Source: a virus | Length of the DNA: 64,000 nucleotides | Strand: one strand, 5' to 3' | IMG/VR virus record: IMGVR_UViG_3300035326_000449 | Location: 4,280-68,279 of that record | Shown: positions 49,701 through 57,774 of the stretch, in pieces | How the letters are laid out: every line of letters begins with the position of its first letter | Position numbering within the stretch: position 1 is the first letter of the stretch | Notes under the pieces: generated by a model | The model's input: only the letters and a program-made list of their open reading frames with translations | Database searches by the model: none | What the model was told of the DNA's origin: nothing | Translations under genes and position numbers: made by a program

Positions 49701-50754
49701 CATTGATGCGGTCGATTTCTTCCTGCACGTTTGGAGCGGTGAGGTCAAGGTTATCAAGCGCTTCTTTAAGTTTTTTGTTCTGTTCTTCGACTTCCTTGAC
49801 CGTTCGGACATTCTGGCTGAGGATTTCGTCAAGTGTCTCGACTGCATCCGAAGACTCCGACACCGCTTCATCATGAGATTGTGAGGCAGATGTTGCCGAC
49901 TTGATAAGTTCGGCATTCTCTGCTATTCGAGCATTATATTCAGCAATTTTCTCCATCGCTCCGTCAGCCGTAAGATCAATGTCATTGATGGCTGCCGTAA
50001 GGATAGAGTTCTGTTCCTTGGCTTCATTAATGGTTGAGGCGTGTGTAGCCATAGCGGAGTCAGCAGACTTCACCGTGGCTGAATTTGCCTTAATCATAGC
50101 CGTGTTTTCCTCAATTTTAGCATTATACTCGGCTATCTTTTCTTTGGCATCGTCTGCACTCAGATCCATTTGTCTGATTGCTTCACGAAGTGCCTTATTC
50201 TGCTTCTCAGCATCCGCAATAGTTTTCACCTGCCCGGTCAAAGCCGAAGAGAGATCTTCTGCTGACGATGCGGCCGCACCCTCATAGCCTGGATAGTTGC
50301 CGACATTTCTGAAATAGCGCTGAGTGGCTTCTTCTGCTGCTTTGAGGGTTGTTGTGGTCTCATTGATTTTATCAAGGAGTTCATGACCTTTCGCTCCCTC
50401 TCGCTCTTTTTTTGATAATCGGTCATAATCAGCGTTGAGGTTAGAAAGTTGTGCGCGGAGTTGAACGAGCGAGCCTAACTGCTCCTGTTCGACTTTCTGC
50501 TGATTACGAATTTGCTTCGTGAGAGTATTGATGGAATTATTCTGTTCGGCGATGGATATACGAGAGGCTTCCATCTGCCGACCATACTCAGCCTGTGTTA
50601 TGGTACCCTCGTCAAGCTCCTTTTTGAGTTCCTTCTGACGAGCCTTTGTTTCTTCGATAGCCTTACGGTAAGCTGCTATCTGATCCAGGGCATCCTCATA
50701 TCTGACCTGTATGTCGAGAATCCTTGTTGTTACATCGTTGCTATTGCGTGCCAT
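46708..50754 (-). CDS. Tail tape measure protein
   Basis: 1348 aa, helical Ala/Glu/Lys-rich, hydrophobic segments, FAQGGKVSGPGTGTSDSVPALLSHGEYV motif. Confidence 0.9.
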   Translation of the reverse strand: MARNSNDVTTRILDIQVRYEDALDQIAAYRKAIEETKARQKELKKELDEGTITQAEYGRQMEASRISIAEQNNSINTLTKQIRNQQKVEQEQLGSLVQLRAQLSNLNADYDRLSKKEREGAKGHELLDKINETTTTLKAAEEATQRYFRNVGNYPGYEGAAASSAEDLSSALTGQVKTIADAEKQNKALREAIRQMDLSADDAKEKIAEYNAKIEENTAMIKANSATVKSADSAMATHASTINEAKEQNSILTAAINDIDLTADGAMEKIAEYNARIAENAELIKSATSASQSHDEAVSESSDAVETLDEILSQNVRTVKEVEEQNKKLKEALDNLDLTAPNVQEEIDRINERLENNRKLTEKTTDANQELADKLGSMLGINLNFGKSLEGLSANSASSGNAIKALTSNVSAFAKTLMTLLANPAVLAFLGIAGTLIVAKWIFDYNKNLQEATRLTEEFTGMTGKAMKSMRSEIIGVADTYGKDFNEVLAAADGLVSQFGISFEDAMQTIKDGFVAGSDLNGNFLEQLGKYPAAFREAGLSASQMTAMIAQTRSGIFSEQGMEVIEEANKKFREMSQATKDALSTIGMSAEQALKDVESGEKSMFDIYQEVAGKLDELPESSEAAGKVMKEVFGEKGVEAGYELITCLKDIDTNLESVKGQTGEVGKMEEQVMESQIELENKLAAVFDMTGGSFETLTGQFKVLTNEALSALLDILIDVCNWFINLYNDAVYVRTIVKSVGLAFNLLWDIIKVGVKAVGNSFKLLGGIISSVANALSGLFTRDFDKAVAGVKQLGTAVTDFYKNQKDLAVDTIKEMAQDTVDTINGINDKLEPIDMTVTKDNAPDNGSSGTTLNNPAPKVVDSAADKTKSDNAKKEAEAAKKAADEERKLMEQLQAEMLKLVKEGAEKRRKVIEEGYDKQIRDLQYRLTTEKDLTVKSRETITKIIESLELQKQAALKKLSDEELKRTYEDQVKINEAKLAAMKVGSNHEFALQQENLRMAHELALKEAETAYEDEIQKQEAIAALRAKYAAESAAIEDERKQKDLEITKQHLQNQIDALDMAETERQLHRQGWQNLDAQEYEEHKRMMLESIAGAEAAKLQMEEEFAQQEYERLVERGQLSTQTEEEWLAEQNEAKNKWLDKQKAINDAYIKNEEAKAQAMKAVTSSLTGLLDTLGESNKAFAMMSKVITLAQIAIDTGKALSAGIASASSVPFPGNLAAIGTTVATVLANIATAISTVKSAKFAQGGKVSGPGTGTSDSVPALLSHGEYVMTAKATKMFEPLLEAMNGIGSGVPMQVVGSTDSVESAEMLTSSFESAAKEIKPVVSVVEINEVQQRVETIEELDTF

Positions 50755-50755
50755 A

Positions 50756-52987
50756 TTAGGGAAGTTTTATCAGTTCACATTTACATTTGCCCGTTCCGTC
50801 CCGAAGGATTGACACAATGGCGAAATAGGAATTATACTTGTCAAGATATATCGGACGTGTATAATCGAGATTGAGCAGATCGAATTCATCAAGACGCAAG
50901 TTCTCTTTTATCACAAATGGCTTCCGAATTATCTGCTGAAGATAGTTGAATGACTCGTTGGATAGGATAGAGCCGAAGCGATTCCAGACTTCCATTGTCA
51001 TGCCATAACCTTTGACAACGGTCTCTCCGGTGTTGAGATCCTGAGTTATCTCCCTGTCTCTGACAATCCCCAGGGCTGGCTCCGGCTTGCAGAATTCAAG
51101 ACGGTTGTAGATGGTGTTGCGCTCATTTGAATCCGCTTCATCTGCCAAAGTCCAACACTTGATTGTCTGGCCGGTATCATAAGACGGCAATTTTCTATTC
51201 AATGTGTAGGGAGCAAAGAACGGAACTTGAATCACCGTCTTGCTTTTCTCCAATGTAGAGTTCTCTACCGATAGACAACCAATGCCCTGAGCATAGACAT
51301 CCTCATCCACATCTTCCGGGTCATAGGCTGATTCCAGATCGTCCGACTTCATTATGTAGTAATTTGACTGAGCGAAGTCAGATGTTGCAAACTTTATCTC
51401 CGACGGCAACTCCGAAGCCGACCCCGGAAGTTTTGCAGACCAATCAAGCACGTTACCCGAATTGAGGTTATCACGTAGTTCAACATAGAATCGAGGAATG
51501 ATCTCATGGCTACTATTGACAAACGGGAAAGACCCCATCATATAGAACAGGGATTTTATAAAGTTCAGACAACCAATGTCCGGGAGATTGCTGATAACGT
51601 CAATGTTGTGCGGATCGATACATTTGTCGCTGTTTTTCAGGAACACTTCAATGTCCTTCTGCATTGTAAAGATGTGAGCGATGCGATGGCTGAATACAAA
51701 AAGCAGAGCACCACCACGCATTACTCCGTTGGAAGTCGCTTTGACATTTTCACATGATAGGCGATCACCTCCATTCTCCAATGAGAAATTGAACTCGAAC
51801 ACACGCAAATTATTACTGCTCCCGACTTGCTCCCCATCAACGCTATCAAGTTCCACCCACTCATAATAGGTGCGAATGGTGGAACGTCCACCGTTCCACT
51901 CATTCTTCCACACCTGTTGTCTCTGATATACTGATAAGGTAGGGAACTCATCAGATGTGAGGTTCGCTGGAAAATCACCGAAGGCGACTTGCAGACAGCC
52001 GTCTATCTCAACCGACATATTCTTTACCTTCGGCTGGACTCCAACCTTATCGTAGGTTGTGCCTGATGCGTCATGTTTGGCAAGACGGAGTTTCCCAGTC
52101 TCCAAATAATCTGTAGGAGAGCCACAGACAACCTGAGTGAAACTGATAACGTCATGGATCTTCAACTCGTTCTCTTCCTTGATTGTGGCATTGACATATG
52201 TGTACTTGACACCTGAAAGGTAGCACTTGCGCTGAAGCCGTTCCTCATAGTTCAGCTTATTAGCAATCAACGGGAGCACCCCTTTCTCTATCACAGCCCG
52301 CTTGATGTCATAGTTCTTGGCTTCACCGATTCCTATACTCTTGCCGAGATTGAATTTGGTGCCGAAATGGGAATTGATTATCTGAAGTAACTTGTATACA
52401 GGGACCACCGGCATGGGATACGCAGCAAATGATGTATAACGAGAAGGTACTCTTCCTTGACTGGTATCGTAATAGGGCATACTCCATCTGTAGTATGGGA
52501 TTCCGCAATTATATAGGGGATGAAGCACAAGTTCGGTATTGCTGAACGATTCTTCTTCAGTAGTAACTTCCACACCTCCGAATCGGGTCTCAATGTTGTC
52601 GTTAGGAAGTTCTCGCAATGAAATGTCATTATCTTTAAGTGCGGTCATACCTTCGATTACATCCCATGTCATTACAGCGTTATAGCTGGTGCCGACCGAG
52701 TCAACATAAAGGTTGGCGTTCTTGAATAGATTGACACCGTTCTGATAATATGAAGCTTTCAGGCGCTTTCGGATCATATTGGACTGATGTCGTATATCCT
52801 CAGCAAAGTCAAGCACCCTCCGGTTGTTTATAGTCATCGGCAACTTGAACGTGTAGGTATGTGAGCACTCTATCTTCGACAAGTCACCGAAGAGATTACT
52901 CTTGTAGTTAAGCTGGATGCCGCTCGGCTCGTTGAGATCCAGACGCTCATATCCGGAATCCGTCATGACAAACAATTCTTCTTTCAT
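50756..52987 (-). CDS. Putative baseplate hub/tail tip protein
   Basis: LDL...IQLNYKSN...SHTYTFKLPMT N-terminus and LDYTRPIYL...KCELIKL C-terminus. Confidence 0.65.
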   Translation of the reverse strand: MKEELFVMTDSGYERLDLNEPSGIQLNYKSNLFGDLSKIECSHTYTFKLPMTINNRRVLDFAEDIRHQSNMIRKRLKASYYQNGVNLFKNANLYVDSVGTSYNAVMTWDVIEGMTALKDNDISLRELPNDNIETRFGGVEVTTEEESFSNTELVLHPLYNCGIPYYRWSMPYYDTSQGRVPSRYTSFAAYPMPVVPVYKLLQIINSHFGTKFNLGKSIGIGEAKNYDIKRAVIEKGVLPLIANKLNYEERLQRKCYLSGVKYTYVNATIKEENELKIHDVISFTQVVCGSPTDYLETGKLRLAKHDASGTTYDKVGVQPKVKNMSVEIDGCLQVAFGDFPANLTSDEFPTLSVYQRQQVWKNEWNGGRSTIRTYYEWVELDSVDGEQVGSSNNLRVFEFNFSLENGGDRLSCENVKATSNGVMRGGALLFVFSHRIAHIFTMQKDIEVFLKNSDKCIDPHNIDVISNLPDIGCLNFIKSLFYMMGSFPFVNSSHEIIPRFYVELRDNLNSGNVLDWSAKLPGSASELPSEIKFATSDFAQSNYYIMKSDDLESAYDPEDVDEDVYAQGIGCLSVENSTLEKSKTVIQVPFFAPYTLNRKLPSYDTGQTIKCWTLADEADSNERNTIYNRLEFCKPEPALGIVRDREITQDLNTGETVVKGYGMTMEVWNRFGSILSNESFNYLQQIIRKPFVIKENLRLDEFDLLNLDYTRPIYLDKYNSYFAIVSILRDGTGKCKCELIKLP

Positions 52988-52990
52988 AGC

Positions 52991-54199
52991 CTACAAGGTT
53001 TGAGATTTATATTCGGGGAGTGTGAACGACAGCACAAGGTCATGAAGTTTCTGAGTAGTGTCATAGTCGAATGAGGACGCCACAATCACCACCGGAACCC
53101 AAATTTCCCTTCCTGACGCTGATCTTCCAATGAAAAGGTCTATGACCGGCGCTGAAATGATTGTCGAAACGTATTCATAGATTTCATCCGGCAATGACAC
53201 CGCACTGCACTTGCATGTGAGCTTTGATGATATCTGAGTGTTGCGGATATGGTTAGCATACCACATAGAACCGATCTGTTCCATATCGGACACTGTATCC
53301 GAGTCAACGGTGTTCTTGTCGGTCTCCACTCCTTTGGTGAAAAGGAAATACTGGAGTTCCCCGTGACGGTCTATCCATCTGAGGTAGTAACCGCACTCGT
53401 CATTGCTGATCCTCAGATTGACAATGTGTGTAGTGAGTCCGTTCTGATAGAATGTGTAGTCGAATGTAGGGTCAAATACATTCATGGTCGCGCGGTCTCC
53501 TATGCGGAACGATGCGGTCTTCTTAGCCTGTGAGAAGGTCCACGCTGGATTGATGTCAAAAATTCCGTATTCACGGGCGTTGCCGACATCTTCCGGGAAA
53601 TACTTTTGCAATGACGTGTCGAACTGATAGATTTTGTTGTCTGTGCCACGCCACTCTCCATCGACATTTGCAGGTGCGGTCAGCGGAATAGATTGTAGGG
53701 GGATATAGGGTGTCTTGATTCCGTCTCTCACACATACGATATTATGATTGGGATTAAGTGAGAACATTGATACCTTGAATGGAAACTTTTTGAACCAGAT
53801 GCGGGTGCGCTCGTACTCTGCCTTCTCATCGAACTTGAATAAGCCATAAGCATTATAGCGGTCTCCCAAAGTCAGAGACCCCCATATAGCCACGAATGAT
53901 GTGCTGAATATATTAGTGCCTGCAAGCGAAAGCGACACGGTGAAATCAAGTGTCCTGAAGTGCTTGTAATCATCGAAGAAAAGCTGGAGGATGCGCGAGA
54001 AGAAGATCCTTGCTTTCCCTTTGAATAACTCCACGTCAATGCTTCGGGTCACGCCATCGCAAACGACATTGAACTGCATGGAAAGATTGACCGATGCAGT
54101 ATTGATGATTATATACAACGGATTAAAAGCGAACACCACATTGTCTGGGAATTCGATGGACCAATCCTGGCCGTTATGTGTCGTGGAGTATGTTCTCAT
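52991..54199 (-). CDS. Putative distal tail protein
   Basis: YLRWIDRHGELQYFLF motif; position in tail block. Confidence 0.55.
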   Translation of the reverse strand: MRTYSTTHNGQDWSIEFPDNVVFAFNPLYIIINTASVNLSMQFNVVCDGVTRSIDVELFKGKARIFFSRILQLFFDDYKHFRTLDFTVSLSLAGTNIFSTSFVAIWGSLTLGDRYNAYGLFKFDEKAEYERTRIWFKKFPFKVSMFSLNPNHNIVCVRDGIKTPYIPLQSIPLTAPANVDGEWRGTDNKIYQFDTSLQKYFPEDVGNAREYGIFDINPAWTFSQAKKTASFRIGDRATMNVFDPTFDYTFYQNGLTTHIVNLRISNDECGYYLRWIDRHGELQYFLFTKGVETDKNTVDSDTVSDMEQIGSMWYANHIRNTQISSKLTCKCSAVSLPDEIYEYVSTIISAPVIDLFIGRSASGREIWVPVVIVASSFDYDTTQKLHDLVLSFTLPEYKSQTL

Positions 54200-54693
54200 T
54201 ACAATTCTTTGTTTATCTTCGCAATACTCTGTGCGGAGGTTATAACTAATTCGCCGGCGAGGGCTTCCAGTTCCTCATTCACGGCTGATGTGTAAATATC
54301 GTTATAGAGGTTGTCGCGGTGCATCCGTGAGCCTTCTTTCATAATTTTATAAGCGACCGCCCCCGCGAAGGAGTTAAGACCGCGCTCCATCGGAGTGTAC
54401 TTGACATTCTTACGCTTTGCAGGAATCGGCTTGTATGAAATGCCCTTGTTGACAATCCATTCTCTAATGATCCCTACAAAGTTATAGGGTATCTTGCCGC
54501 CCTTGCGTCCCCTTTCAATGGCGAGAAATGATCCGCTTCCTGTCAAAGAACCCGAATTCCCCGACACGGCTACTGTCAGGGAAGCCGCCGTCCTGCCTGT
54601 GACATTCCTATTGTTCTCAGCAATTTTGGCGATGATCGTAGCCTTCAGATGCTCAAGATGCCTACGCAATATGTCTTGTACCTCATTAGCCAT
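54199..54693 (-). CDS. Putative neck/tail completion protein
   Basis: VTGRTAASL...IERGRKGG...IREWI. Confidence 0.55.
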   Translation of the reverse strand: MANEVQDILRRHLEHLKATIIAKIAENNRNVTGRTAASLTVAVSGNSGSLTGSGSFLAIERGRKGGKIPYNFVGIIREWIVNKGISYKPIPAKRKNVKYTPMERGLNSFAGAVAYKIMKEGSRMHRDNLYNDIYTSAVNEELEALAGELVITSAQSIAKINKEL

Positions 54694-55240
54694 TATCCGA
54701 GTCCTCCAGGTCTTCAAGTTTCACAAACTTTTGACGTATCTCAGGATCAGCACAAATCCATATACCGTCTGTCTCCTTCAACTGAGGCTCTATCACTATG
54801 CCGGTGACGTTCTGATTCAAGTGATCGTAAAGGACACGATAAGGCAGATCTCCCTCGATAAGTTCAAACATACCGCTTTCATTGACCGCCAAAACAAATT
54901 TGATGCAAAGGCGCTTCATCTGCTCGATAAGGTCCTCATTGTCTTCTGAGTCGAAATCAAAGTCAGTAGGAACGACAAATGCAATCTGGGCGTTGGGTGC
55001 ATCCTTAACACGATTCCAAGAGAAATCAAGTTTGCCGGAAGGGGGGAGCACATAGATGATCGAGGGCACCTCCACCTTGTCAAGAGCCACATTAGCCTGA
55101 GACCAATTGCAATAAATGTAGTGGGGGCTGGTAACTCCGTCCTCATTCTGAGTCTGGAGCGTTGCAACTATGGAGTGGATCTTTCCCTCCACCGTACCGA
55201 GTTTTACGCCACTGTCGTAATCTGTGCAATTCTTCTCCAT
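54686..55240 (-). CDS. Putative tail terminator protein
   Basis: 184-aa acidic protein in tail block. Confidence 0.45.
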   Translation of the reverse strand: MEKNCTDYDSGVKLGTVEGKIHSIVATLQTQNEDGVTSPHYIYCNWSQANVALDKVEVPSIIYVLPPSGKLDFSWNRVKDAPNAQIAFVVPTDFDFDSEDNEDLIEQMKRLCIKFVLAVNESGMFELIEGDLPYRVLYDHLNQNVTGIVIEPQLKETDGIWICADPEIRQKFVKLEDLEDSDNG

Positions 55241-55242
55241 GA

Positions 55243-55845
55243 TTATCTCCTTTTAGATTCCTTCAAAAACTCATCCCGCAGTCGTCGCTCATAGTTATTC
55301 TGCTCATTGTCATTCTTCATGCAGGTATAGATGCGCACCCACGCCACGCTGAACACCTCATCTTGATTGGTGATTCCCATTCGACGCGCATACCAATCCA
55401 CAACTCCGAACGTACCGAACTTCAGATCCTTCACACCGGCTGCTATCTCCTTTGAAGTGAACTTCGGCTTTATCGAATTGAAGAGCTTGTTGATGCGCTC
55501 TATCTCACTCTTGCAGAAATTCACAAAGCCGAAGACATCCCACACATTGAGGGCATAAACCTCTTTAGGTTCGAATCCCATTATGATGGAGAGACAACTT
55601 GCGGCTGGATCCTTGCTGTCCGATGCACGAGACAAGTCGTCAAGCTGACCGTAAGTGATCATATTGAAATCTTCGGGAACCTCCTTACCAAGAAGAAAAG
55701 CCGGGCGTTTCGCAGTCGAAAGATGATTGAGCAAATTCATCTGGTGGCTCTCCCGACAACAAGGGAAGAGAGTCAGGAACTCCCCATAGGTGTAGCTATA
55801 TTTTCGGACATTCTTCTGTCCGTGTCTCCTTCTTTTCTTTTGCAT
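55243..55845 (-). CDS. Putative tail assembly chaperone
   Basis: ITYGQ...EIAAGV...FGTFGVVDWYARR; first gene of tail operon. Confidence 0.5.
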   Translation of the reverse strand: MQKKRRRHGQKNVRKYSYTYGEFLTLFPCCRESHQMNLLNHLSTAKRPAFLLGKEVPEDFNMITYGQLDDLSRASDSKDPAASCLSIIMGFEPKEVYALNVWDVFGFVNFCKSEIERINKLFNSIKPKFTSKEIAAGVKDLKFGTFGVVDWYARRMGITNQDEVFSVAWVRIYTCMKNDNEQNNYERRLRDEFLKESKRR

Positions 55846-55848
55846 AGT

Positions 55849-55916
55849 CAAAATTAACGTGAAATGATGTTGGAATTGTTAAGTTTCAGGTGGTTTCTAC
55901 TGAACACCGTTATTCA
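55849..55916 (-). promoter_or_regulatory. Putative late promoter of the tail operon
   Basis: -7 box TAATTTTG (55849-55856), TGAAC-N6-ATTCA at 55901-55916 (44 nt away), no -33 box. Confidence 0.6.
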
Positions 55917-57260
55917 GTTCTGAAAGGTCTTAACCTTGACCCTCGCTCCCTGAGTCGGCTTCGTCCGGCGGAAGAACATCGCCATCATCAAGGCATCCAT
56001 GTAGTCCGGAGAGTGACCGAGTATAACCTTCATGGTCTCTTTCGTGATGACGGTCTTCTTTCTGGTATCATTGTCGATGTCGAGTTGCTTCAACGCACCC
56101 AGTTCATCCATGATGCGCTCCCGTTGCTCTGCCGTACACTGGATTTTGATTTTTCGGTTGTTTATCATTTCGGCGAGCTTGAAATAGCACTCCGATCTGA
56201 GATTGGCATAACGCTGGTCCAAAGGACGACCACCACCGTGAAACTCCTTAATGCCCTCAAGGTAGCTTTCAAGGAATGAGCCGATACCGTCTGCATCGAC
56301 CACTGTAAGGGAGCGAGGTATCTTCTGGGCTATCATTAGATTCTTCAGGTCAGTCTCTACCTCCTTGCCAGGCGAATAAGGCTTGTCAATGACAATTCGA
56401 CAATAATTCCCGGTCCAATGAGTAGCAACAAAGCGATCGTGTCCCTTGCCCGCAATGTCCGCTGAACAATAATTGGCTCCAACGGGAGTAATGAAGTCAT
56501 TTGTGAACAGGTCATTGATTGCATCGAAATCACACAATGTTGCCGGGTCGTCGTCATACTCGAAGTTTCCGTAGTAAAGACGCTGGACGGTCACCTTATC
56601 TGCTTTGAGCAAGTTGTCAATGTATGCCTTATCCACATAAGGGTTATCGATAGGGAGAGCCTTGATGAACTTTCGGTGTGGCGGGAGCTTCCCAACCTTA
56701 TAAGGCTTCACGAAATCAGTGTAGATCCAGTTTCGCTTCGGGTTACAAGTGTAGAGAGCTTTCGGAATGGTATGCCATTTGTTCCCGTACTCATCCTTGC
56801 CGTTCAATAAGGAGAAACGACCTTTGAGGACCGATATGGCTTTCTCACATACTTGCTGACACTCATCAATGAACAGATCCGTAATGGCAAGAGAACCCAG
56901 ACGGTCAAATTCCGGGTCCTTCGGATAGAACATCAACTCACGGAAAAGAATCTTACTGCCATTAGAAAACACCATCGTCTTATCAACGGCATTATACTTG
57001 ACTGCCGAAGTGAGGTGCATCATCTTCAGCATTTCAAACATCGTTACGATGGTGGTATCCTTCAGGTTGGTCAGTTTCTCACGGCAGACCAACCCGACAC
57101 TGCCGGGGAGCTTGATTCTACGGAGAATCTGCCATATACAGCCAAAGGCCGATTTGCCACCGCGCGCACCACCCCCATAGAGCACCTCAGTAACGACATC
57201 ATTGTCTTCACTAAGATACTCCCAAGCCTGATACTGTTTTGGGAACAAGTGTACATCCAT
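55914..57260 (-). CDS. terL: Terminase large subunit
   Basis: YGGGARGGKS Walker A, FIDE Walker B, TCNP, nuclease SADIA...SPDYMDAL. Confidence 0.92.
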   Translation of the reverse strand: MDVHLFPKQYQAWEYLSEDNDVVTEVLYGGGARGGKSAFGCIWQILRRIKLPGSVGLVCREKLTNLKDTTIVTMFEMLKMMHLTSAVKYNAVDKTMVFSNGSKILFRELMFYPKDPEFDRLGSLAITDLFIDECQQVCEKAISVLKGRFSLLNGKDEYGNKWHTIPKALYTCNPKRNWIYTDFVKPYKVGKLPPHRKFIKALPIDNPYVDKAYIDNLLKADKVTVQRLYYGNFEYDDDPATLCDFDAINDLFTNDFITPVGANYCSADIAGKGHDRFVATHWTGNYCRIVIDKPYSPGKEVETDLKNLMIAQKIPRSLTVVDADGIGSFLESYLEGIKEFHGGGRPLDQRYANLRSECYFKLAEMINNRKIKIQCTAEQRERIMDELGALKQLDIDNDTRKKTVITKETMKVILGHSPDYMDALMMAMFFRRTKPTQGARVKVKTFQN

Positions 57261-57305
57261 GAGTTTCCGTCCTCCTTCACACGCGCGCGCACGATGTCAA
57301 TTTTG

Positions 57306-57560
57306 TCAACCCTCATTTCCGCACCTGTCAGGTGTCGCGTTGCTCACATTATCGTCATTGTAACCGTACTTAAAACCGGGAACAGGAACCAATGACAAGC
57401 GCAGAACTTCAATAATCTTCTCAAGGTTCGCATTGCTAATTGTCCGATTACCAGACAAAAAGGACGAAAGAGTTGATTTATAAATTCCGGTTGCCATACT
57501 GAGGCGAGTCATCGGCATGCGAATCTCAGCCATTCTTTCTTTAATCTTCTCTCTAAACAT
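57306..57560 (-). CDS. XRE-family HTH protein
   Basis: LSMATGIYKSTLSSFLSGNR. Confidence 0.8.
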   Translation of the reverse strand: MFREKIKERMAEIRMPMTRLSMATGIYKSTLSSFLSGNRTISNANLEKIIEVLRLSLVPVPGFKYGYNDDNVSNATPDRCGNEG

Positions 57561-57774
57561 TTGGGTTTTCGTTAGGGTGATATACATTGTCAATGCTGCC
57601 GAGTGTCAACCCGACAACTGCACACAGCTTTTCAAGATGAGCAAGGGGCAGTGTACGATTACCTTTCAGGAAAGCCGAAAGGTTCTGAGTCTTGATGCCG
57701 ACTCTTGCTGCTACGTCAATCTGCTTTACGCCAAGAGACTTGATGCGAAACTGGATTTTTTCTCGAATATTCAT
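57553..57774 (-). CDS. XRE-family HTH protein, tandem paralog
   Basis: QIDVAARVGIKTQNLSAFLKGNR. Confidence 0.8.
   Translation of the reverse strand: MNIREKIQFRIKSLGVKQIDVAARVGIKTQNLSAFLKGNRTLPLAHLEKLCAVVGLTLGSIDNVYHPNENPNV

Noticed and set aside
57261-57316. Shared AAGGAGGACGG and out-of-frame upstream ATG before terL and at 42553-42563 as a -1 frameshift signal
   Set aside because: Many 11-mer matches are expected by chance in 64 kb, there is no slippery heptamer, and terL is complete from ATG 57260.
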